Positions 15,891-24,166 of a stretch of DNA of 55,462 nt are shown in pieces. The position numbers were made by a program, and so were the translations under genes. Numbering within the stretch: position 1 is the first letter of the stretch; each line of letters begins with the position of its first letter. The notes under the pieces were generated by a model that worked only from the letters and a program-made list of their open reading frames with translations, was not told the origin of the DNA and searched no databases. This stretch comes from Candidatus Aenigmatarchaeota archaeon (GTDB lineage: Archaea > Aenigmatarchaeota > Aenigmatarchaeia > CG10238-14 > SCSR01): positions 1 to 55,462 of the forward strand of contig JAPLUY010000058.1 of the NCBI GenBank assembly GCA_026397385.1, written 5' to 3'.

Positions 15891-17069
15891 CTATTCAGCG
15901 GCCTCTTCCTCGGGCTTCACGTCCTCGAACTTGGCTATGAGCTCGAACATGCCCGTGCCCGACGGTATCAGCTGCCCTATCATCACGTTCTCGAATATGC
16001 CTTCGAAGTTGTCCACCTCGCCGCGTATCGACGCGCGGACGAGGTGCTTGATGGTCTCCTCGAACGCTGCGCGCGCCAGTATCGAGCTCTTCGTGCCTGC
16101 GACCCCGTAGCGGCCTATCGAGCGTATGTCGCCCGACATGGTCATTATGTCGCCCACGAGCATCAGGTGGCGGCGGTCGACGTCAAGGCCTTGCTGCTGC
16201 AGGGTGTCGAACGATTCGCTTATTATCAGGCTGCGCGCGGCCTCGATGCCCAGCACCGCCTTGGTCTCGTGCAGGTCGTTCGTGTACGTGCGCGTCTCGT
16301 CGACCTCCTTGATCTTCAGAGCCTCGGCCAGGTTGGAGCCGATGGTGCTGATCACCCAGTCCTCGCCCTCGCGGCGTATGACGGCGTTGCTTATGTTCGG
16401 CAGGCCGCCCACGTGCACCGCCATGATCTTCTCGCGGATCTTCTGCAGTTCCTTTATGGTCACGTCGGGCTTGGCCGCGATGGTGACGCCCTTGGACGAG
16501 GAGCGCACCTTGTCGACCTCCTTCACGCCGTCCAGCAGCGCCTTCACCGCGGACTCGACGGTGCCGACGCGGCGGCTGTCCTCGACGTCTATCTCGATGG
16601 TGTTCTCGGCGAGGTTGATCGTTATGCGCTTCGACACGTCCGTCACGCTCTTCTCGATCATGTCCTCCGCGACCTTGCGCGCGTCCTCCATGTTGTTGTG
16701 CTCGCGCTTGAGGAAAAGCGTCATCACGGGCGTCTCCGGCTCGCGCTTCGCGTCGAAAATCTCTATGAGGCGCGGAAGGCCGTACGTCACCTTCACGCCT
16801 GCGGAACCTGCGAAGTGGTACGTACGCATCGTCATCTGCGTCGCAGGCTCGGATATGCTCTGCGCTGTGATTATGCCGATGACCTCGCCCGGCTCGAAGT
16901 TGTCCTTCAGGTACTCCATCCGCGCGCGCTCGACGAACTTCTCCTTCTGGTCCTTGGTGAACTTGTGCTCCTTGCACAGGCGCTCTATCTCATCGACGGT
17001 CGACGGAGGGAATATCTTGTCCAGCTCGTTCGCCGCCTGCTCTGTCTGTTCTTCAGCCATGTGGTTCAC
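15891..17069 (-). CDS. rpoA2: DNA-directed RNA polymerase subunit A'' (Rpo1C)
   Basis: 392 aa. AQSISEPATQMTMRTYHFAG (trigger-loop region) and GTGMFEL near the C-terminus. It starts 4 nt after the A' stop. Confidence 0.95.
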   Translation of the reverse strand: MNHMAEEQTEQAANELDKIFPPSTVDEIERLCKEHKFTKDQKEKFVERARMEYLKDNFEPGEVIGIITAQSISEPATQMTMRTYHFAGSAGVKVTYGLPRLIEIFDAKREPETPVMTLFLKREHNNMEDARKVAEDMIEKSVTDVSKRITINLAENTIEIDVEDSRRVGTVESAVKALLDGVKEVDKVRSSSKGVTIAAKPDVTIKELQKIREKIMAVHVGGLPNISNAVIRREGEDWVISTIGSNLAEALKIKEVDETRTYTNDLHETKAVLGIEAARSLIISESFDTLQQQGLDVDRRHLMLVGDIMTMSGDIRSIGRYGVAGTKSSILARAAFEETIKHLVRASIRGEVDNFEGIFENVMIGQLIPSGTGMFELIAKFEDVKPEEEAAE

Positions 17070-17073
17070 CGTT

Positions 17074-20000
17074 TCATTTTATGCTGTCCGCGATATCCTT
17101 GAGGTTCAGGCCGGCGCGCGTGACCTTCGACGGGTCGAGGTTGTCCTCGCCGGGCACGAACTGGACGATGTGCTTGGCGCTGTCGCGCACCGTGCCGTCG
17201 TACTCGACCTTCAGGTCCTGCAGCGCTCCGACGAGCCTGCGTTCCATATAGCCCGAGTGCCTGGTCTTCAGGGATTTGTCCATCAGCGACTCGCGGCTGT
17301 TGATCGCGTCGAAGAAGAACTCGAACGGCGTGAGTCCGTCCTTGAAACCGCGGCCGACGAACCCGCGCGATTCTAGGCTGATGTCGCCGCGCTTGAAGTG
17401 CGGGAACGTGCGATTGAAGTAACCGCGCTCGATACGCTCACCCATGACCATCTCCTGGCCGACCATCGCTGCGGTCTGGACGAGGTTGACGAGGCTTCCA
17501 CGCGAGCCGCTCTTGGCCATCATGAGCGTGAAGCTCTCCTTCGCGTACTTTGCGATGATGTCCTCGACCTCGTCGATCGCCTTGTTCAGGCGCTTCTTGA
17601 TGTGCGCCTCGAGGCTGTCCTTCGCCGTGCGGCCGGGCAGTATCTTGATATCGCCGCGCTCGTATTCTGCGATGAACGCGTCGACGTCCTTCCTGACCTG
17701 GCCGATGGTCTGAGCTATCTCCGTGCGCGCGATCTCCGGCATGTCCTGGTCGGATATGCTGATCGAGAAGGCCGACGTCATCACCATCTGGATGGCCAGG
17801 CGCGTTATGTCGAATATGAACTTCTTCACAATTGTCGGGCCGTAATCCTTCTCAACCTTGTCCAGCACCTTGCCGGTGAACGCGCCTACCGCGGCGCCGT
17901 CTATAGTGCCCTTGAGCAGCTTGCCGTTCTCGATGACCACGTAGGCGTCGTGCTTGCAGTTTGCCTTGATGCAGGTGTCGCATCCCATGCAGGACTTGGC
18001 CTTGTGTTCGATGTTCAGCGTCTTCGGCAGGAAGAGGCTGAAGATTTCCTTTCCGGTCATCGTGCGTTTCGCCGGCAGCTCCATGTCCGTATCAACGGAC
18101 CGTATCATCTGTATGAACTCCTCGCGCTTGAACTCGTGATCGCCGTGCGTCAGCGCATAAAGCCCTGAGACGTAGTCGCGGTGCGCGCCTATGATGGGAC
18201 CGCTGAAGCGCGGGCTGCGTATGTTCTTCTGCACCGCCATGAGCGACCTCGCCTCGGCCTGGGCCTCTTCGGTCTGCGGCACGTGCAGGTTCATCTCGTC
18301 ACCGTCGAAGTCCGCGTTGTAAGGCGGGCACACGGCCACGTTCAGGCGGAACGTGCGGAAAGGCATGACGCGCACGCGGTGAGCCATTATGCTCATCCTG
18401 TGCAGGCTGGGCTGGCGGTTGAAAAGCACTATGTCGCCGTCGTGTATGTGGCGCTCCACTATGAAGCCCGTGTCCAGTTCTGTGGCGATGTCCGTCTTGT
18501 TGAAATCAGTAACCTTCTTCCTGTGGCCGTCCGGGCGTATGACGTAGTTGGCGCCGCCGTTGGTCTCGGAGCCGCTGAGCACTATCGCCTGCAGGTCCGC
18601 CTTGTTGACAGCGTTCACGCGCACCGGCAGCGTCAGTTCCCTGGCGATGCTTTCCGGCACGCCGACCTCGTCGATGTCTATCATCGGGTCAGGGCTGACA
18701 ACGGTGCGCGCGGAGAAGTTGACGCGCTTCCCTGCGAGGTTGCCGCGGAACCTACCCTCCTTGGTCTTCAGCCTCTGAGACAGCGTCTTGAGTATGCGGC
18801 CCGAGCGATGCCTCGCCGGTGGGACGCCCGAGATTTCGTTATCAAAGTAAGTGCTCACGTGGTACTGCAGCAGCTCCCACAGGTCCTCGATGATGAAGTC
18901 TGGCGCGCCGAGGTCTATGTTCTCGCGCAGGCGCTCGTTGATGCGAACGATGTCTACCAGCTTGTGCGTCAGGTCGTCCTCGGAGCGTTCGCCCGTCTCG
19001 AGCGTTATCGACGGCCGGACGGTAACTGGCGAGATCGGCAACAGCGTTATGACCAGCCACTCGGGCCGTATGGTCACGCCGATGGTCTTGAGGTCGTCGT
19101 CCGTCATCTTGGCCAGGCGCTCACGAAGCGCGGCCGCGGTGAGAGTGCCCTTGTCTTCGACGAACGTGTAAGGCTTGATGAACTTGAGCTTCGGCTGCTC
19201 CGAACCGCAGTACGGGCACTTTTTGTGGATGAGCTTCGCCACGTCCTTGATCTTGTACTTCTTCTCCTTCACCGTCTGGATGTCGGCTTCGTCCATAAGC
19301 GCTCGGCTGCAGCTCGCGCAGAAAAGTTTCAACATGCTGAAGAGGAACTTGGCATAATGCACGTGCACGATCGGCCTCGTCATGTCCAGTATGCCGAAGT
19401 GTCCCTGGCACTCGCCAACGCTGCCACCGCACACGCGGCACCGCACGCCCGGGTCGACCACGCCCAACCTGGGATCCATCAGCCCGCCTTCGATCGGATA
19501 GCCTTCCTGGTCATAAAGCTCGGTCTTCGTTATGCGCGCCACGGACATCTTCTTTATCATGTCCGGATTGAGCACGCCGAACTCGATGCGGCTGACGAGC
19601 GCGTCCGACGGGCGGACAACGATCTTCGGATATATCATCATGCTCTTCAGCTCGTCCAGCATCAGCTTGAACGCGTAGCTCATCGAGATGTCCACGACTT
19701 TCGACGCCGTGCATATCGGGCAGTAGCGGCGGTTCTTTATCTTGTCGTAGATCGCTGCGTTACCGCACTCGAGGCATATCGGCACGGTGGTCTTGTCCGA
19801 GTCGAACCTCTCCTTCAGCGTCAGCGCCGCGCCGTGCGCGATCAGGCAGTCCTTCTCCATCTCCCCGAGCCTCAGACCGCCTTCCTTGCTGCGGCCCTCG
19901 GTCGGCTGCTTCGTCAGCAATGCGACAGGCCCGCGCGAGCGCGCGTGTATCTTGTTGGACACCAGATGGTCGAGCTTCTGGTAGAAGCAGCTGCCGATGA

Positions 20001-21438
20001 ATATCTGCGCGTCGAACCGCCTTCCGGTGCGGCCGTCGTACATCGTCTCCTTGCCGTCGTTCTTGTATCCTGCGGCGTGCAGCTCCGAGCGTATCACATC
20101 CTCCTTGATCGCGTTGAACGGAGGGGCGTTGACGATGCGGCCCGCGACCGCGCCCATCTTTCCGCCGATGAACTCGAGCAGCTGCCCCATGGTCATTCGC
20201 GACGGTATGCCGTGAGGGTTGAAAATGACGTCCGGTACGACGCCGTCCTCGGTGAACGGCATGTCCTCGCGCGGGACTATGAGGCCTACGACGCCCTTCT
20301 GCCCGTGGCGGCTGGCGAACTTGTCGCCTATCTCCGGAACCTTCATGTCGCGTATGACGACCTTGATTAGCTTCGTGCCGTCAGTGGTCTCGCTGACGAA
20401 AACGCGGTCGACCACGCCCGTGTCCTCATGGCGGATCTTCACGGAAGTCTCGCGTATGTTCTCTACGCCCGTGATGAACTGGTCCATGGTGCCCAGGAAG
20501 CGCAGCGGCGACACGCGGCCGATCAGGACAGAATCGGAGCCGACGATCGCTTCGGGGTTTATTATGCCGTCCTCGGGCAGGTGCTTGTACATGTCCTCGC
20601 CCGCGTAGCCGCGAACTCCTGGCTCGGGTATGCCGATGATGTCCTCCTGGCCGCCCATGTATCGCTTCTGCTCGGCCTCGTAAGTGCGTGTCATCATGCT
20701 CCAGAACAGCCCGCTTTGGATCGAGCTCTGGTTGATTATAACTGCATCCTCCATGTTGTAGCCGTCGAAACACCCGACCGCAACGATTACGTTCGAGCCG
20801 TTCGGATGGCTGTCGTAGTTTATTATCCTGTGCCCGTGCGTGCGCACCAGCGGCTTCTGGGGATAGACCATTATGTTGGCCTTGGTGTCAACGCGGCTCG
20901 GATAGTTCGTCGCGAAAACTCCTATGCTCTGGCCGACCATCTTCGCTCCGTAGTTGACACGATCGCCACGGTTGTATTCCGTAAAAGGAATGAACGACGC
21001 CGACAGCCCCAGTATGATCGACGGGTCGAGCTCCACGTGCGTGTGATCGGGCATGATATTCTCTGGCTTGAGCGCGATGTACGAGCTTTCCTCCTCGTCC
21101 GTGTCCAGATATTCCACGACGCCGGCCTTTATGAGGTCGGACCAGCTCATCTCGCCCTTCTTTATCTTGGTGGCGATGTCATCGGTCAGCTTCGAGCGGC
21201 CGTTCTCCACGACTATCGCGGGTCTCCTGACCCTGCCCGAATCCGATAAGATGCGTACCTCGCCGAACTGGGGATAGTAGCAGACGTTGACCTGCTCGGA
21301 GAGTTGGCCGCTGCGCCTGTTCCGTTTTATCTCGCTGACCAGACCCGCAAAATCGCCCGTAGCACCGACGTAGTTCCCGTCAAGGAAGACGTCCGTCATT
21401 GCTCCTGTGGCAATTGCATCGTCGGCGTTCTTCGGCAT
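17074..21438 (-). CDS. rpoB1-rpoA1: fused DNA-directed RNA polymerase subunits B' (C-terminal half of Rpo2) and A' (Rpo1N), single 1454-aa ORF
   Basis: The first ~606 aa are RpoB' (ASRHGQKGVVG, Zn ribbon CLECGNAAIYDKIKNRRYCPIC, C-terminal FKLMLDELKSMMIYPKI). The frame continues without a stop into RpoA' (VSRIEFGVLNPDMIKKMSV, CRVCGGSVGECQGHFG, catalytic NADFDGDEMNLH). The junction is at nt 19561..19641. Confidence 0.9.
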   Translation of the reverse strand: MPKNADDAIATGAMTDVFLDGNYVGATGDFAGLVSEIKRNRRSGQLSEQVNVCYYPQFGEVRILSDSGRVRRPAIVVENGRSKLTDDIATKIKKGEMSWSDLIKAGVVEYLDTDEEESSYIALKPENIMPDHTHVELDPSIILGLSASFIPFTEYNRGDRVNYGAKMVGQSIGVFATNYPSRVDTKANIMVYPQKPLVRTHGHRIINYDSHPNGSNVIVAVGCFDGYNMEDAVIINQSSIQSGLFWSMMTRTYEAEQKRYMGGQEDIIGIPEPGVRGYAGEDMYKHLPEDGIINPEAIVGSDSVLIGRVSPLRFLGTMDQFITGVENIRETSVKIRHEDTGVVDRVFVSETTDGTKLIKVVIRDMKVPEIGDKFASRHGQKGVVGLIVPREDMPFTEDGVVPDVIFNPHGIPSRMTMGQLLEFIGGKMGAVAGRIVNAPPFNAIKEDVIRSELHAAGYKNDGKETMYDGRTGRRFDAQIFIGSCFYQKLDHLVSNKIHARSRGPVALLTKQPTEGRSKEGGLRLGEMEKDCLIAHGAALTLKERFDSDKTTVPICLECGNAAIYDKIKNRRYCPICTASKVVDISMSYAFKLMLDELKSMMIYPKIVVRPSDALVSRIEFGVLNPDMIKKMSVARITKTELYDQEGYPIEGGLMDPRLGVVDPGVRCRVCGGSVGECQGHFGILDMTRPIVHVHYAKFLFSMLKLFCASCSRALMDEADIQTVKEKKYKIKDVAKLIHKKCPYCGSEQPKLKFIKPYTFVEDKGTLTAAALRERLAKMTDDDLKTIGVTIRPEWLVITLLPISPVTVRPSITLETGERSEDDLTHKLVDIVRINERLRENIDLGAPDFIIEDLWELLQYHVSTYFDNEISGVPPARHRSGRILKTLSQRLKTKEGRFRGNLAGKRVNFSARTVVSPDPMIDIDEVGVPESIARELTLPVRVNAVNKADLQAIVLSGSETNGGANYVIRPDGHRKKVTDFNKTDIATELDTGFIVERHIHDGDIVLFNRQPSLHRMSIMAHRVRVMPFRTFRLNVAVCPPYNADFDGDEMNLHVPQTEEAQAEARSLMAVQKNIRSPRFSGPIIGAHRDYVSGLYALTHGDHEFKREEFIQMIRSVDTDMELPAKRTMTGKEIFSLFLPKTLNIEHKAKSCMGCDTCIKANCKHDAYVVIENGKLLKGTIDGAAVGAFTGKVLDKVEKDYGPTIVKKFIFDITRLAIQMVMTSAFSISISDQDMPEIARTEIAQTIGQVRKDVDAFIAEYERGDIKILPGRTAKDSLEAHIKKRLNKAIDEVEDIIAKYAKESFTLMMAKSGSRGSLVNLVQTAAMVGQEMVMGERIERGYFNRTFPHFKRGDISLESRGFVGRGFKDGLTPFEFFFDAINSRESLMDKSLKTRHSGYMERRLVGALQDLKVEYDGTVRDSAKHIVQFVPGEDNLDPSKVTRAGLNLKDIADSIK

Positions 21439-21465
21439 CTTGCATCAATCCTACAAAACTGCAAA

Positions 21466-23049
21466 CTACTTCATCATCTTGTCGGGCGGCACCACGTTCT
21501 TCTTCAGTATCGCCTGGAGTGCCTTGCCCTCCTTCTCGTCCGTTCCCTTGGTGACCTCGGCCATGATGGCGAGGTATTTGCGCAGCCCTATCGTAGCGCC
21601 TTCGGGCGTCTCGCTCGTGCACAGCTTGCCCCAGTGCGTCGGGTGCAGTTCGCGCGCCTCGAAGTGCTCCTGCGTCGACGTCAGCGGCGAGAGCACGTTG
21701 CGCATGTGCGACATCGTCTTGATGAAGCTGCCACGCTCAAGGCGCTGGCTCACACCCGTACGCCCGCCTACCCAGCTGCCGATGGCGAGAGCGGACACGA
21801 GCTGGTTCGTCAGCACGTTCGACTCGACGATCGCCTGCAACGGGGGAACGCGGCCGCGCTTCGTGAGCTTCTGGTAGTTGTACGTTATGCGCGTTATCAG
21901 CCCCCACTTTCCGAGCAGTATCGAGCGGAGGAGTATCTCCATCAGGTCGCCCGACATCCTGAGGCGCTTGTTCGCATAATGGTCCAAATCGTCCTCCTCT
22001 ATCTTTCCCATGTGCAGCTTGATCAGCTTGCCAACGGCCTTCGCAAGGAAGATTGCCTTCTCGAGCCTGTTCGCCGGATCCTGTCCCAGGTGCGGGAGCA
22101 GGTAGCGATCCACCAGGCGCGTGGCGCGCTCGGTGCGGTACTCCTTCTGCGGGATCTTTATGTGAAGACCGATCTTGTCAAGCCCGTCGGCTGCGTTCGC
22201 GACGTCGGCCTCGTACAGGTTCGCATAGAACTCTTCCTGTATCTCAGGGTCGGTCGATATGACGGTGGCTATGTCCTTGTCCTTCTCCAGGCCGAGCGCC
22301 TTCATCAATATGGCGATGGGCAACTTGTTCACGTTAGCGAAGCTGATCGTGATGTTGCCGTTGTTCTTGCGCTCGACTATGTGTCGCTGCACGTAGCCGT
22401 CCTTCTCCGAGTGTATGCGCGCGATCTGGCCAACGCTGCTCGCGGCCACCGAGCTTATAATCGCCTTGTTCTGCGCTATCTCCTCCACTAGCACGAGGAT
22501 GCGCTCGGTACCGTTGACGATGAAGTACCCTCCCGGATCGTCCGGATCCTCGCCCGCTTCCACCAGCTCCTTTCTGTTCATGCCGGCGAGCGGACATATC
22601 TTGCTCTTCAGCATTATCGGCAGGTCGCCGAAGTTCACCCACAGGGTTTCGCCTTCGACGCCGTTCATCACCGGCGACATCTCGACGTACATCGGCGATG
22701 AGTATGTCAGGTTGCGCGTGCGCGCCTCCATCGGCATTACCCTGCGCTCCGAGCCGTCCGCCTCCTTTATCCACGGCCCCCAGTTCTCCTTGCCGATGCG
22801 GAAGTCGCCCAGTTTTATCTTGAAGTCGCCTATCTCGGGGACTTCGGGCTTGATCTCCTTTATCTCGCGCAGGATTTTCGGGATGCGTCGCGTTATAAAA
22901 TCGTCATAAGAGTCAACTTGGAACCTGACAAGCCCGCGTTCCTTGACGAAGGATGTCAGCATCCCGAGGAAGAGCTCGGAATTTCCGGATGCGGACAGCT
23001 CCCATTTGGGGTTGGGCGTTCCGTTTGTCTCTGTGTTCGTATTGCTCAT
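21466..23049 (-). CDS. rpoB2: DNA-directed RNA polymerase subunit B'' (N-terminal half of Rpo2)
   Basis: 527 aa with the typical RpoB N-terminal half (VRFQVDSYDDFI, GYFIVNGTERILV, THWGKLCTSETPEG). Its stop lies 27 nt upstream of the B' start. Confidence 0.95.
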   Translation of the reverse strand: MSNTNTETNGTPNPKWELSASGNSELFLGMLTSFVKERGLVRFQVDSYDDFITRRIPKILREIKEIKPEVPEIGDFKIKLGDFRIGKENWGPWIKEADGSERRVMPMEARTRNLTYSSPMYVEMSPVMNGVEGETLWVNFGDLPIMLKSKICPLAGMNRKELVEAGEDPDDPGGYFIVNGTERILVLVEEIAQNKAIISSVAASSVGQIARIHSEKDGYVQRHIVERKNNGNITISFANVNKLPIAILMKALGLEKDKDIATVISTDPEIQEEFYANLYEADVANAADGLDKIGLHIKIPQKEYRTERATRLVDRYLLPHLGQDPANRLEKAIFLAKAVGKLIKLHMGKIEEDDLDHYANKRLRMSGDLMEILLRSILLGKWGLITRITYNYQKLTKRGRVPPLQAIVESNVLTNQLVSALAIGSWVGGRTGVSQRLERGSFIKTMSHMRNVLSPLTSTQEHFEARELHPTHWGKLCTSETPEGATIGLRKYLAIMAEVTKGTDEKEGKALQAILKKNVVPPDKMMK

Positions 23050-23124
23050 GGCACCAGCTTTTGGCGGCGTTGAGGTCGCAAGCGGCTCGCGTTTGGTTCA
23101 ACAATCTTGCATGCGAAGGGTTAT

Positions 23125-23373
23125 CTACTTGAAAGCGCCGCGCACCACGACCCTGTAGTACACGGCCTTCCCGGCGGTCTGGCTTTCACGCACTATCTTC
23201 ACCACATCGCCGGCCTTGGCCTCTAGAAACTTGGCCATCGGGTCGGTTATCAGCAGTCTCGGCAGGTGGTTGAGCGTTATGTTGTAGCGCTCGAGGACTT
23301 CCTTCTTCTCCACGTCGCCGAGTATAGTGTGCTTCGGCACCATCTTATGCTTGGATATGTCGACTTCCTTCAT
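23125..23373 (-). CDS. rpoH: DNA-directed RNA polymerase subunit H (Rpo5)
   Basis: 82 aa. HKMVPKHTILGDVEKKEVLERYNI...LPRLLITDPMAKFLEAKAGDVVKIVR is typical RpoH, and it is the first gene of the rpo operon. Confidence 0.9.
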   Translation of the reverse strand: MKEVDISKHKMVPKHTILGDVEKKEVLERYNITLNHLPRLLITDPMAKFLEAKAGDVVKIVRESQTAGKAVYYRVVVRGAFK

Positions 23374-23411
23374 TGTACCGCCGTTTTTCGTCTTTTTTGC
23401 GAATCGCTTTG

Positions 23412-23484
23412 CGCCTCGAGCGGGATTTGAACCCGCGTCAAAGCCGTGACAGGGCTTTATGCTAGGCCACTACACCATCGAGGC
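23412..23484 (-). tRNA. tRNA-Asp (anticodon GUC)
   Basis: Hand fold of the reverse complement GCCTCGATGGTGTAGTGGCCTAGCATAAAGCCCTGTCACGGCTTTGACGCGGGTTCAAATCCCGCTCGAGGCG. Anticodon loop CTGTCAC, T loop TTCAAAT. Confidence 0.9.
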
Positions 23485-23974
23485 ATGTTCTGCGTCATCC
23501 GTGCAAGGTATCGGCGAGGTCGCCAGATACGCATACTTCATATCACTTTTTTAAGTATCATCCGTTCATCCGCCAGCGCGAGTGTTCAACAGCGCTGTCA
23601 CGACCCTGTCCGAACACCTAGACTTGGAGCACATCTCTAGCTTGGAGAAATCGTCCAGACTCAGCAAATCAAAGAAGCAGTTCGCTGTTGTCTGTGTCAA
23701 GCTGTCACCTGAACTATCGCATTTCGGTCGCCGGAGTACATGCGCGACGTTGAATAAATGAGGTTGGCAGCGTCCTGGTTTTCCCGAGCAGGTGCTCAGT
23801 ACAGGCCACTTCGCGAAGCATCTTAATTACTGTGTTCGAAATGGGAACAGATGTTTCCTGCTTGCTTTGACCGCCAACCAAATATTAATTTACTATTGTA
23901 ACATCTTAAATCTTTTAAATCTATCGGTTTTGACCCTTTCCGAGCCGGAAACGGCCCTTGAGGATGAAAACGAG

Positions 23975-24114
23975 TCCCGACTCCCGGATTTGAACCGGGA
24001 ACCTGTACCGGCGAGGCATCGCTGCCCGCTACCGGTGGTTGCCGAGCAATTGCTGGCGACAAACGCAGCTGCGCTCGTCTACAGCCGGTTGCTCTACCGT
24101 TGAGCTAAGTCGGG
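23975..24114 (-). tRNA. tRNA-Tyr (anticodon GUA) with one long or two shorter introns
   Basis: Hand fold: acceptor CCCGACT/AGTCGGG plus A73 (the C1-G72 pair is typical of archaeal tRNA-Tyr), D arm GCTC-AACGGTA-GAGC, anticodon stem ACCGG with loop CU-GUA-G, T arm CCCGG-TTCAAAT-CCGGG. The gene is 140 nt, so 66-68 nt must be removed. My preferred parse is 42 nt after position 37 plus 26 nt in the variable-loop region. Confidence 0.75.
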
Positions 24115-24166
24115 TTAAAAGATAATTCCACTCGTAATATAAAAGCTTGCGCACGCCCGCCGGCGA

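Noticed and set aside
18181-20370. 729-aa ORF on the plus strand, plus similar long ORFs at 15822..17102, 16126..17376, 17398..18168, 20428..21249 and 21304..22491
   Set aside because: All are antisense to the RNA polymerase genes, whose identity is unambiguous. Their compositions are Arg/Ala/His/Leu-rich and characteristic of antisense frames in GC-rich coding DNA.
23485-23974. Possible SRP (7S) RNA near the tRNA pair, considered because srp54/ftsY are in the window
   Set aside because: I could not find the helix-8 CAGGCCCGGAAGGGAGCA-type motif or Alu-domain elements on either strand. It is kept only as a low-interest unexplained interval.
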